Part shown: piece by piece, positions 37,550-47,047 of the stretch
How positions within the stretch are numbered: the first letter of the stretch is position 1
Layout: each line of letters opens with the position of its first letter
Made by a program: the position numbers and the translations under genes
IMG/VR virus record: IMGVR_UViG_3300025120_000045
Location: 1-62,240 of that record
From: a virus
Taxonomy: Duplodnaviria > Caudoviricetes
DNA: 62,240 nt
Reading direction: 5' to 3' (one strand)
The notes under the pieces: generated by a model
What the model saw: only the letters and a program-made list of their open reading frames with translations
Database searches by the model: none
Told to the model about the DNA's origin: nothing

Positions 37550-38173
37550 ATGTGGGCAAGAGTAAAAGCAAGTCAAGTTGTTGAGATTATACCGGGTAGA
37601 AAGGCTATTACTATAGATGGTACTCAATATCCTTCAACAATATTTTCAATATGGTCAGCTGCTGATCTAAAAGCAATAGGAATTTATTCTTATACTGAAG
37701 CAGGTCTGAAAGATACTACATACTATACTCAAGGTAGTATATCATACACTGTTGATGATGATGCTGGAACTGTTGTAGGTGGATATGCATATACTGCAAA
37801 AGGTATGGATGATGTAAAGTGGACGCAATCAGAAATTGATGCAGGATCAGCTCCAACAGGTGCAGATACAAATACTGTTAAGACTGAAGGTCTCAAGACT
37901 ATGTGGATCAAAAAAATTAAAACCATAGCTTCAGGTCTTATAACTCCTTATGACTGGTACACATTAAGATTAGCTCAATCAGGTACCGCAATTCCATTAG
38001 CTGTTAATACATATATTAATGCTGTGAGAACAGCAACAATTGCTAATGAGGCCAATGTAGCAAGTACTGCAAATGTTACTCAAATGATCACAAGATCTGA
38101 ACAAACTGTAGATGGTGATGGTAAATTCAGTGCTAATTCTGTTTATGGAGAATGGCCAGATTCAATAGAGTAA
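37550..38173 (+). CDS. Tail fibre assembly/chaperone-like protein
   Basis: YP..IF..WS..L.AIGIY and L...DWY..R....IP....Y..AVR motifs; follows the fibre genes. Confidence 0.6.
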   Translation: MWARVKASQVVEIIPGRKAITIDGTQYPSTIFSIWSAADLKAIGIYSYTEAGLKDTTYYTQGSISYTVDDDAGTVVGGYAYTAKGMDDVKWTQSEIDAGSAPTGADTNTVKTEGLKTMWIKKIKTIASGLITPYDWYTLRLAQSGTAIPLAVNTYINAVRTATIANEANVASTANVTQMITRSEQTVDGDGKFSANSVYGEWPDSIE

Positions 38174-38183
38174 GCTAAATCCT

Positions 38184-38191
38184 TATAAATA
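38184..38191 (+). promoter_or_regulatory. T4-type late promoter
   Basis: TATAAATA upstream of gp13. Confidence 0.75.
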
Positions 38192-38207
38192 GTATCAAGG
38201 AGATACT

Positions 38208-38957
38208 ATGGCTACACCAATTTCAAGAGATACATTTAAAGAATATTGTCTTCGTTCATTAGGCAAGCCTGTTGTTGACATTAATGTTGATGACGCTCAG
38301 ATTGAAGACAGAATAGATGATGCACTTCAATATTACAGAGATTATCATTTTGATGGTACAGAAAGAATTATCAAAAAGGTTGAAGTAACCCAAGCAATAA
38401 AAGATAGTAAATCAATAGACTTTAGTAACGAGTCTCCAGAAATTATTGGAGTAACAAAATTATTAAATATTGGAGATAGTACTAATAGTAGCAATCTTTT
38501 TAATATAAGATATCAAATTCATTTAAATGATTTATTTGATTTTACTTCAACAACTTATCTTCCATATGTTACTGCAATGAGGCATGTGGAATCTTTAGAA
38601 GAAATATTTGTTGGAAGTCAACCAATAAGATTCAATAGACATACCAATGTTGTTAACATAGACATAGCATCAGAAGATTTGATTGTAGGTTCATTTGTTA
38701 TAGTAGATGGCTATGCTGTTATCAATCCTGATACTTATACAGATATGTGGAGTGATTGGTGGTTGAGAAGATATGGTACTTGTTTAATAAAAAAACAATG
38801 GGGTGAAAACCTTAAGAAATTTGAAGGTATGCAAATGCCTGGAGGACTAACTTTTAACGGTCAGAAGATCTGGGAAGAAGCAACTGAAGAACAAAGAAGT
38901 TTAGAGCAAGAAGTTATCAACAGTTATTCATTGCCAGTGATGGATATGGAGGGCTAA
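38208..38957 (+). CDS. gp13: Neck protein gp13
   Basis: YCLR.LGKPV..INVDD.Q..DRIDDALQY...YHFDG, K.QWG.NL.KF.G.Q.PGG. Confidence 0.95.
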   Translation: MATPISRDTFKEYCLRSLGKPVVDINVDDAQIEDRIDDALQYYRDYHFDGTERIIKKVEVTQAIKDSKSIDFSNESPEIIGVTKLLNIGDSTNSSNLFNIRYQIHLNDLFDFTSTTYLPYVTAMRHVESLEEIFVGSQPIRFNRHTNVVNIDIASEDLIVGSFVIVDGYAVINPDTYTDMWSDWWLRRYGTCLIKKQWGENLKKFEGMQMPGGLTFNGQKIWEEATEEQRSLEQEVINSYSLPVMDMEG

Positions 38958-38958
38958 T

Positions 38959-39819
38959 ATGGCCACCAATAAATACTTCAATAATTTTGCTTATGCAAGA
39001 GAGCAAGATTTAGTAGAAGACCTTACAATAGAATCAATTAAAATTTATGGACACAATGTAAAGTATTTGCCAAAAACAATTGCTGGCATTGATCATTTAT
39101 TTGGTGAAGATAAAAACATTAGTTATAGTACAGCTGCAGATGTAGAAATGTATATAAAAAATGTTGAAGGATTTGAAGGTGAAGGTGACTTTATGAGTAA
39201 GTTTGGTGTTCAAATAAATGACCAACTTACATTAACAGTTGCAAGAAAAAGATACGATCAAATAAGAACAGAGAAGTTATCAACAGAAGTTGGATATAAC
39301 TATGTTCAAGAATCAGCAAACACAGATAGTCCATCAAGACAATTCCTTACCGGTAATAGTCATACAGAAAGTATAGTTTTAGAAACAGGAACTACAGGTG
39401 TAAATAATTATACAATTACAACCGAAAGACCAATGGAAGGTGATTTAATATTTTTTCCTTTGGTTAATAAAATGTTTGAAATAAAGTTTGTAGAACATGA
39501 ACAGATCTTTTATCAAACAGGAAGATTACAAACTTTTGATCTTAGATGTGAGTTATTCAAATACAGTAGTGAAACAATTAACACTGGTAATACTCAAATT
39601 GATACAATTGAGACTTCACAGACTCTTGATACATTATTATATCAAATGTTACTTGAAGATGGAGAAAACTTACTTGAAGAAGAAGGTAATTCAATTATAC
39701 AAGAGTATCAATTATTTACTCAAGATGCTGGTGCTAATAATTCATTCTTTGAATCTGAAGGAGAAAGTATTATTGACTTTAGTGAAAGAAACCCATTTAG
39801 TGAGGTAGATAGGTACTAA
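38959..39819 (+). CDS. gp14: Neck protein gp14
   Basis: EQ.LVEDL..ESIKIYG, GFEG.GD..SKFG, RP.EGDLI.FP, FYQ.G, DFSE.NPF. Confidence 0.95.
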   Translation: MATNKYFNNFAYAREQDLVEDLTIESIKIYGHNVKYLPKTIAGIDHLFGEDKNISYSTAADVEMYIKNVEGFEGEGDFMSKFGVQINDQLTLTVARKRYDQIRTEKLSTEVGYNYVQESANTDSPSRQFLTGNSHTESIVLETGTTGVNNYTITTERPMEGDLIFFPLVNKMFEIKFVEHEQIFYQTGRLQTFDLRCELFKYSSETINTGNTQIDTIETSQTLDTLLYQMLLEDGENLLEEEGNSIIQEYQLFTQDAGANNSFFESEGESIIDFSERNPFSEVDRY

Positions 39820-40643
39820 TGTTTGGACATCAATACTATAATCAAGTTATAAGAAGATATGTTGTATTATTTGGTACATTGTTTAATGACATTGTAGTTC
39901 AGAGATTCAATACAAGTGGTGTAAGATTAAAATCTTTAGCTGTTCCTATTGCTTATGGACCTAAAGAAAAGTTTTTAGCAAGAGTGGAACAAGATCCAAC
40001 TTTAACTAAACAATCAAGTGTTAGTTTACCAAGAATGGGTTTTGAAATGACTGGAATGCAATATGCACCTGAAAGAAAATTATCAACAACACAAAGAAGA
40101 GTAAATGTACAAGGAACAGCTGGATCAAACAATACAATAAAAACAGTTTTTAGTCCAGTACCATATGACTTTAATTTTAATTTAAGTATATTTGTAAAGA
40201 ATGCAGATGATGGAGTTCAAATATTAGAACAAATACTACCTTTCTTTACTCCTGATTGGACATCAACAATAAACATAATACCAGAAATGAATATCAAACA
40301 TGATGTTCCAACAGTACTTCAAAGTGTAACAACAGAAGATAGTTATGATGGAGACTTTGAAACAAGAAGAAGTTTAATTTATAATTTAGACTTTTTAGTA
40401 AAAGGATACATCTATGGTCCTGTTAAAAAGAGTGGAATTATTAAAAGAACAAATATTGATTTTATTAATGGTACAGGTGCCGGTGGTGTTAAATTAGAAA
40501 CTCTCAAAGTTACACCAGCATTACTTGCAAATGGATCCCCAACAAGTAATAGTGCTGCTAGTATAAGTATAGATAATATTAGTGCTAATGATACATTTGG
40601 ATTTGCAATAGATTATGATATAAACCTTAGTGGAGAACAGTAA
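39819..40643 (+). CDS. gp15: Tail sheath stabilizer gp15
   Basis: FGTLFN, VPIAYGPK.KFL, LPRMGFE, PVPY, QILEQILPFF.P. Confidence 0.95.
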   Translation: MFGHQYYNQVIRRYVVLFGTLFNDIVVQRFNTSGVRLKSLAVPIAYGPKEKFLARVEQDPTLTKQSSVSLPRMGFEMTGMQYAPERKLSTTQRRVNVQGTAGSNNTIKTVFSPVPYDFNFNLSIFVKNADDGVQILEQILPFFTPDWTSTINIIPEMNIKHDVPTVLQSVTTEDSYDGDFETRRSLIYNLDFLVKGYIYGPVKKSGIIKRTNIDFINGTGAGGVKLETLKVTPALLANGSPTSNSAASISIDNISANDTFGFAIDYDINLSGEQ

Positions 40644-41041
40644 TGACAGCATTTGATAAGAGCATGGAAGGTATATTTGATTTACCAGAAAAGGTCAACG
40701 AGAAGAAAGAATTAAAAACTGTTGACAATTCAGAAGAAACAGTGGATAATGATTTTAAGTATGCAAGAGAAAACCTCTACAATATTATTGAAAAAGGATC
40801 TGATGCATTAAATACTTTAGTTGATGTTGCTCAGCAATCTCAACATCCTAGAGCATTTGAAGTTGTAAGTCAACTAGTAAAAACTCTAAGTGATACAAAT
40901 AAAGATCTACTAGAAATACAAAAGAAAGTTAAAGTATTAAAGAAAGATTCTCCTGATGCACCACAAAATGTTACTAATGCATTATTTGTTGGTAATACAA
41001 GTGAACTACAAAAATTAATCAATAAAAGAAATAATGAATGA
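40643..41041 (+). CDS. gp16: Terminase small subunit gp16
   Basis: D..YAR.NLY..IEKG, HPRA.EV, NALFVG.T.ELQK. Confidence 0.93.
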   Translation: MTAFDKSMEGIFDLPEKVNEKKELKTVDNSEETVDNDFKYARENLYNIIEKGSDALNTLVDVAQQSQHPRAFEVVSQLVKTLSDTNKDLLEIQKKVKVLKKDSPDAPQNVTNALFVGNTSELQKLINKRNNE

Positions 41042-42668
41042 TAATTACCTTGGAAATCCAAATCTAAAAAAATCCAATGTAAATGTTGAATATACCAAAG
41101 AGGAAGTAGAAGAATTTATAAAGTGTGCAAAAGATGCTGAGTACTTTATAGAAACATATATTCAAATTGTTAATGTTGATAAAGGCTTAATTCCATTTAA
41201 GCTATATGATTTTCAAAGAACAATGGTTAACAAATTTGTTAGCGAAAGATTTGTAATTAACAAGCTCCCAAGACAATCTGGTAAAAGTACAACTGTAACA
41301 GCTTATATGTTATGGTTAATATTATTTCACGATCAACAAAGTATTGCTATTCTAGCAAACAAAGGATCTTTAGCAAGAGACTTATTAGGTAAGATTCAAC
41401 TTGCATACGAACATCTACCAAAGTGGTTACAACAAGGAGTTGTTGTATGGAATAAAGGTAATATAGAATTAGAGAATGGATCCAAAATTATATCTAGTGC
41501 AACAAGTGGTAGTGCTATTAGGGGTGGATCTTATAATTTAATATTCTTAGATGAGTTTGCATTTGTAAGTAATAACCTTGCAGAAAGTTTTTTTGCTTCT
41601 GTTTATCCTACAATATCTTCTGGTGAAACAACAAAAGTAATAATTGTAAGTACTCCAAATGGATTAAATCATTTCTATAAATTATGGAGTGATAGTGTTG
41701 ATGAAAAGAATGCATATAAACCAATAGAAGTTACATGGGATCAAATACCAGGTAGAGATGAAAAATGGAAGAAAGAAACTATAAGCAATACTAGCGAAGA
41801 ACAATTTAGACAAGAGTTTGAGTGTGAATTTGTTGGAAGTATGAATACCCTGATTAGTTCAACTAAACTTAGAAATATGCCATTTGAGTATCCAATTAAA
41901 AAATATGGTAACTTTGTTCAGTTTGAAGAGCCTCAAAAAGATCATGTTTATATGATGACAGTTGATACAGCAAGAGGAGTTGGATTAGATTATAGTGCTT
42001 TTGTCTTATTTGATGTAACAGAGATGCCATTTAAAATAGTTGGTAGTTTTAGAGATAAACACGTTTCACCATTATTATATCCAACAACATTGCATAATAT
42101 AGGTAAGAATTATAATGATGCTTATATGTTAATTGAAACTAATGATATTGGTCAACAAGTTGTTGATATTATGCATAATGATCTTAATTATGAAAACTTA
42201 ATGACTACTACACACAAAGGTAGGGCTGGTCAAGTTATTAGTAGTGGTTTTGGAGCTGGATCAACAACTATTGGTGTTAAGACAACAAAGCAAGTAAAAA
42301 GAATTGGTTGTAGTAATTTAAAAGATTTAATTGAGAATGATAAGTTAATTATAAAAGATTTTGATATCATTGCAGAGTTATCTTCTTTTGTTGGTAGAGG
42401 AAGTAGCTATGAAGCTGAAGAAGGAACCAATGATGATTTAGTTATGTGTACAGTGTTATTTGCTTGGATGGTTAGACAAGATTACTTTAAGGAAATAACT
42501 GATACAGACATTAGAGAAAGACTATATAATGAGCGAATGAAACAGTTTGATGAACAGATGCTACCATTGGGATTTCAAGAAGATGGAATTCAAGATAATG
42601 AGCAAGTAGATAACTTTAATAATGACCATGATAGATGGATTATACAAAAAGATCGTGACTTTTCATAA
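41034..42668 (+). CDS. gp17: Terminase large subunit gp17
   Basis: YLGNPNLK, PRQSGKST, FLDEFAFV, STPNG.NHFY, QEFECEF, DDLVM. Confidence 0.98.
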   Translation: MNDNYLGNPNLKKSNVNVEYTKEEVEEFIKCAKDAEYFIETYIQIVNVDKGLIPFKLYDFQRTMVNKFVSERFVINKLPRQSGKSTTVTAYMLWLILFHDQQSIAILANKGSLARDLLGKIQLAYEHLPKWLQQGVVVWNKGNIELENGSKIISSATSGSAIRGGSYNLIFLDEFAFVSNNLAESFFASVYPTISSGETTKVIIVSTPNGLNHFYKLWSDSVDEKNAYKPIEVTWDQIPGRDEKWKKETISNTSEEQFRQEFECEFVGSMNTLISSTKLRNMPFEYPIKKYGNFVQFEEPQKDHVYMMTVDTARGVGLDYSAFVLFDVTEMPFKIVGSFRDKHVSPLLYPTTLHNIGKNYNDAYMLIETNDIGQQVVDIMHNDLNYENLMTTTHKGRAGQVISSGFGAGSTTIGVKTTKQVKRIGCSNLKDLIENDKLIIKDFDIIAELSSFVGRGSSYEAEEGTNDDLVMCTVLFAWMVRQDYFKEITDTDIRERLYNERMKQFDEQMLPLGFQEDGIQDNEQVDNFNNDHDRWIIQKDRDFS

Positions 42669-42679
42669 AACTAAAAAAT

Positions 42680-42687
42680 TATAAATA
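42680..42687 (+). promoter_or_regulatory. T4-type late promoter
   Basis: TATAAATA upstream of gp18. Confidence 0.75.
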
Positions 42688-42741
42688 ATTGCAAGAATCA
42701 AATTAAACAATTATAATTGTTACAAAGTAGGAGAGATAAAA

Positions 42742-44742
42742 ATGCCATTCCAAGTTTCACCAGGTGTAAATGTATCAGAGATAGATCTTACAACCGTAAT
42801 CCCTGCCGTTTCCACGACAGAAGGTGGCATAGCTGCCCACCTAAGATGGGGACCAGCATGTCAAAGAGTTTTAACGACATCAGAAGATGATCTAGTATCA
42901 AACTTTCAAAAACCATTAACAGCAAATACTGCTACAGACTTTTTTGTAGCAAGTAACTTTCTTGCTTATGGTAACGCATTATATGTTGTAAGAGTAGTAA
43001 ACGAATCTACTGCTGATGCTACATCTAAAGCAACAAATGCAACTGCTGCTAATACATCTGCTGCATTCTTATTATTAAAGAATGAAAAAGATTATGATGA
43101 GCAATATAGCACAGGTATATCTGGATTTGGAGCATGGGCTGCAAGATATCCTGGAGCATTAGGAAACAGTTTAAAAGTTTCAGTATGTCCAAGTTCGAAC
43201 GCATACGAATCAACAATTACAGGTAACATAGCTGTTACAAATAGTTCAAAAACAGTTAATGGTGTTCCAACAACAGGATCAGGAGCCAATGGAGGTGGTA
43301 CTGCTGCAACTGCATTTTCTAGTGAGTTAAAGGTTGGAGACACATTACTATTAGGTCCTGATAAATTTCCAGGTAAAGTTGCATCTATTTCAAACAATAG
43401 TGTATTAACATTATCCACAAAATATTTAGGAAACACAGTTTCACAATATGGTACTGCTGCTACACACAGTGCTTCTGCTTCTGGAGCAACTAGAAGATGG
43501 GAGTTCTTTAGTAACTTTGATAAAGCACCATCAACAACTGCATATGCAAATACAGTTGGAGGTACTGGTGATGAACTTCACGTAGTTGTTGCTGATGAAG
43601 ATGGCGAGTGGTCTGGTGTTAAAGACACTGTACTAGAATCATTTGGTAACTTGAGTTTTGCATCTGATGCTAAGAATGAAGATGGATCAGTCAATTTCTA
43701 TAAAGAAGTTATTAATCAACAATCAAAATATTTATTCTGGGCTGCACATGACGGTTCAACAAATGCAGGTTCGGCTGCTGCTGGTACAACATTCAGTGGT
43801 GATCCATTACCTGATACTAAAAGTTTAAGTAGAGGTAGAGATGGATCTGCTCCAAGAAATGCAGATTACATTGAAGGATACAACTACTTTAAAAGTGCTG
43901 AAGATGTAGATGTATCTATAATAATAAATTCAGCTCGAAATCAAGTAGTAACAGAACATAATATAAGCAACATTGCTGAGTCAAGAAAAGATTGTGTAGT
44001 TGTTCTATCACCTGAAAGGGCTGATGTTGTAAACAACAATACATATTCAGGCAAAGAAGCTGAAGATGTTGTTGCATTTAGAGATAGCTTACCATCAACT
44101 TCATACGCTGTTATGGATAGTGGATGGAAGTATCAATACGATAAATTTAATGATCTTCAAAGATATATTCCAGCAAATGGAGATACAGCTGGTCTAATGG
44201 TTAGAACAGATACTACTAGAGATCCTTGGTATTCACCAGCTGGATTCAATAGAGGTATTATGAAGAACGTAACTAGATTAGCATTCAATCCAAATAAAGC
44301 AGAAAGAGATCTACTTTATAAAAATGGTGTTAACCCAGTCACTTCTTTCCCAGGGTCTGGAACAATATTATTTGGAGACAAAACATTATTAGAAAAGCCA
44401 AGTGCATTCGATAGAATTAATGTAAGAAGATTATTCATAGTTCTTGAGAAAGCAATTTCAACTGCTGCTAAATTTACTCTCTTTGAGTTCAATGATGCAT
44501 TTACTAGATCACAGTTTGTTCAACTAGTCGAGCCATTCTTGAGAGATGTACAAAGTAGAAGAGGTATTCAAGACTTCAGAGTAGTTTGTGATGAAACAAA
44601 CAATACTCCACAAGTAATTGATACTAATAGATTTGTTGGTGATATATTCATTAAACCAAGTAGATCTATAAACTTCATTCAACTTAACTTTGTAGCTGTA
44701 AGAACTGGTGTTGAATTTTCTGAAGTAGTTGGTCAATTTTAA
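42742..44742 (+). CDS. gp18: Tail sheath gp18
   Basis: SPGV...EIDLT, PW.SPAG.NRG, AFDRINVRRLF, KP.RSINFI.LNF. Confidence 0.98.
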   Translation: MPFQVSPGVNVSEIDLTTVIPAVSTTEGGIAAHLRWGPACQRVLTTSEDDLVSNFQKPLTANTATDFFVASNFLAYGNALYVVRVVNESTADATSKATNATAANTSAAFLLLKNEKDYDEQYSTGISGFGAWAARYPGALGNSLKVSVCPSSNAYESTITGNIAVTNSSKTVNGVPTTGSGANGGGTAATAFSSELKVGDTLLLGPDKFPGKVASISNNSVLTLSTKYLGNTVSQYGTAATHSASASGATRRWEFFSNFDKAPSTTAYANTVGGTGDELHVVVADEDGEWSGVKDTVLESFGNLSFASDAKNEDGSVNFYKEVINQQSKYLFWAAHDGSTNAGSAAAGTTFSGDPLPDTKSLSRGRDGSAPRNADYIEGYNYFKSAEDVDVSIIINSARNQVVTEHNISNIAESRKDCVVVLSPERADVVNNNTYSGKEAEDVVAFRDSLPSTSYAVMDSGWKYQYDKFNDLQRYIPANGDTAGLMVRTDTTRDPWYSPAGFNRGIMKNVTRLAFNPNKAERDLLYKNGVNPVTSFPGSGTILFGDKTLLEKPSAFDRINVRRLFIVLEKAISTAAKFTLFEFNDAFTRSQFVQLVEPFLRDVQSRRGIQDFRVVCDETNNTPQVIDTNRFVGDIFIKPSRSINFIQLNFVAVRTGVEFSEVVGQF

Positions 44743-44767
44743 CATAAATATTAGTAGGAGAAAATAG

Positions 44768-45316
44768 ATGGCATTCAATATTAACTTATTTGCAGGAGCA
44801 CTAAAATTAGGAGGAGCAAGAACCTCCTTATTCCAAGTGAACATATCAAATCCAGCTAACGCTGTTGCTGATATTCAAGTCCCATTTTTAGCAAGAGCTG
44901 CACAAATTCCAGCTGCTACAATTGCACCCTTAGATGTTCCATATTTTGGCAGACAATTAAGACTTGCTGGAAATAGAACATTTGCTGATTGGAACGTAAC
45001 TATATTAAATGATGAAGATATGTCTATTAGAAACTCTATGGAAGAGTGGTCTAATAACATTAACGGTTTTCAAACAAACCTAAGAAAGTTTGGAGCTTCT
45101 TCACCAGCTTTATATAAGTCTACTGCACAAGTAACGCAATTTAGTAAAACTGGAGTTCCACTCAGAGTATATAACTTCGTTGGTATATTCCCAACTGAAA
45201 TATCTACTATAGAAATGGATTGGGGTACAGACGCGGTAAGTGAGTTTACTGTTAGTTTCACATACGATTATTGGGAAGTTTCTGGTGGTATCACTGGCAA
45301 TGCTGGTGGTATTTAA
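44768..45316 (+). CDS. gp19: Tail tube gp19
   Basis: GGAR..LF.V, V.YFGR....AG.RTF..W..TI.NDED, F.V.F.YDYW; CATAAATA at 44743. Confidence 0.95.
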   Translation: MAFNINLFAGALKLGGARTSLFQVNISNPANAVADIQVPFLARAAQIPAATIAPLDVPYFGRQLRLAGNRTFADWNVTILNDEDMSIRNSMEEWSNNINGFQTNLRKFGASSPALYKSTAQVTQFSKTGVPLRVYNFVGIFPTEISTIEMDWGTDAVSEFTVSFTYDYWEVSGGITGNAGGI

Positions 45317-45385
45317 AGCAATTTAATTGAAAAAGTATTGGACTAATAAATAGATTTGTAGTACAATACTCTTAAAGGAATAGTT

Positions 45386-47047
45386 ATGGCAATAGAATTG
45401 TTTGGCTTTCGCATTGGTCGAAAGGAAGATGAACAGAAATTAAAAGACGATAATCTTAAATCGTTTGTTCCACCAACTACGGATGATGGAGCAATTGAAA
45501 TTGCAGCGGGCGGTGCTTACGGTACATATGTAGACCTTGAGGGTTCAGCAAAATCAGAAGCAGAATTAGTTACAAGATATAGAGAAATGTCACTCCAACC
45601 GGAATGTGATTCTGCTATTGATGATATTGTAAACGAAGCTATAGTATACAACGAAAAGGAACCAGCGGTTTCAATTGTATTAGATGATCTCAAAGTAAGT
45701 AATTCAATAAAAAATAAAATTAGAGAAGAGTATAACAAAATACTTATGATGTTAAACTTTACTACTAATGCTTACGATCTATTCAGAAAATGGTATATTG
45801 ATGGTAGATTATATTATCATTTAGTTATTGATGAAAGTAATCCAAGATTAGGTATTCAAGAATTAAGATATATTGATCCAAGAAAAATTAGAAAGATAAA
45901 GCAAGCTATCAAAAGAAAAGATGATCAGATGGATGCTATTGTTACTAAAGGATATAATGAGTATTACATATATCACCCAAGAGGAATCAATAGAGCAAAC
46001 CAAGGATTAAAAATATCCAAAGATAGTATTTCATATACACATAGTGGTTTATTAGATCAAAGAATGTTATTAGTTCTTGGTCATCTACACAAAGCAATTA
46101 AGCCATTAAATCAATTAAGAATGTTAGAAGATGCTACTGTAATTTACAGATTAGCAAGAGCACCTGAAAGAAGAATCTTTTATATAGATGTTGGTAATTT
46201 ACCTAAAGTAAAAGCTGAACAGTATCTAAGAGATATGATGGTTAAGCATAAGAATAAATTAGTATATGATGCATCTACAGGTGAAGTCAGAGACGATAGA
46301 AAGTTTATGACTATGTTAGAAGATTTTTGGTTACCAAGAAGAGAAGGTGGTAAAGGTACAGAGATTACAACATTGCCTGGAGGACAAAATCTAGGTGAAA
46401 TGGATGATGTAGATTACTTTAAGAAAAAACTATACAAAGCACTTAATGTTCCTATAACAAGAATGGAATCTGAAACTAATTTTAATCTTGGTAGAGCATC
46501 TGAAATTACTAGAGATGAATTAAAGTTTACAAAGTTTGTACAAAGACTAAGAAATAAATTTACTACTCTATTTGATAATATTCTTGAAATACAATTAGTA
46601 TTAACAGGAGTTACTACCAGAGCTGAGTTCAAAGAAATGAAAGAGCATATACATTATGACTTCTTAGAAGATAATCATTTCACTGAATTAAAGTATGGTG
46701 AAATTATGGGTGATAGATTAAGATTACTTGGTGAAGTTGATGCATTTGTTGGTAAGTATTTTAGTAAAGAATATGTTCGTAAATCAGTGTTGAGAATGAA
46801 TGAAGATGAGATAGAAAAAGAAGAGGACAGGATGAAGACAGAACTTCAAGACGAGCCAGAAGAAGATGGTGAAGATCAACAACAAGATCAACAGCCAGAG
46901 CCAGAACCAGAACCAGAGCCTGAGCAACCTCAAGAAAGTTTTCAAGCTGCCAATACAATATCTGAAGAAGAGAAATCATTAGTAAATAGTATGACTAAGA
47001 TTATTGAAGAAACTTTAGATGATAAGGCAGAAGAAGATGGAAAATGA
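45386..47047 (+). CDS. gp20: Portal protein gp20
   Basis: ELFGF, WYIDGR, RAPERRIFYIDVGNLP, MLEDFWLPRREGG.GTEI.TLPGG, EITRDELKF. Confidence 0.98.
   Translation: MAIELFGFRIGRKEDEQKLKDDNLKSFVPPTTDDGAIEIAAGGAYGTYVDLEGSAKSEAELVTRYREMSLQPECDSAIDDIVNEAIVYNEKEPAVSIVLDDLKVSNSIKNKIREEYNKILMMLNFTTNAYDLFRKWYIDGRLYYHLVIDESNPRLGIQELRYIDPRKIRKIKQAIKRKDDQMDAIVTKGYNEYYIYHPRGINRANQGLKISKDSISYTHSGLLDQRMLLVLGHLHKAIKPLNQLRMLEDATVIYRLARAPERRIFYIDVGNLPKVKAEQYLRDMMVKHKNKLVYDASTGEVRDDRKFMTMLEDFWLPRREGGKGTEITTLPGGQNLGEMDDVDYFKKKLYKALNVPITRMESETNFNLGRASEITRDELKFTKFVQRLRNKFTTLFDNILEIQLVLTGVTTRAEFKEMKEHIHYDFLEDNHFTELKYGEIMGDRLRLLGEVDAFVGKYFSKEYVRKSVLRMNEDEIEKEEDRMKTELQDEPEEDGEDQQQDQQPEPEPEPEPEQPQESFQAANTISEEEKSLVNSMTKIIEETLDDKAEEDGK

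Noticed and set aside
46861-46930. CCAGA(G/A) microsatellite as a phase-variation tract
   Set aside because: It is an in-frame PE repeat in the acidic, low-complexity tail of the portal protein.
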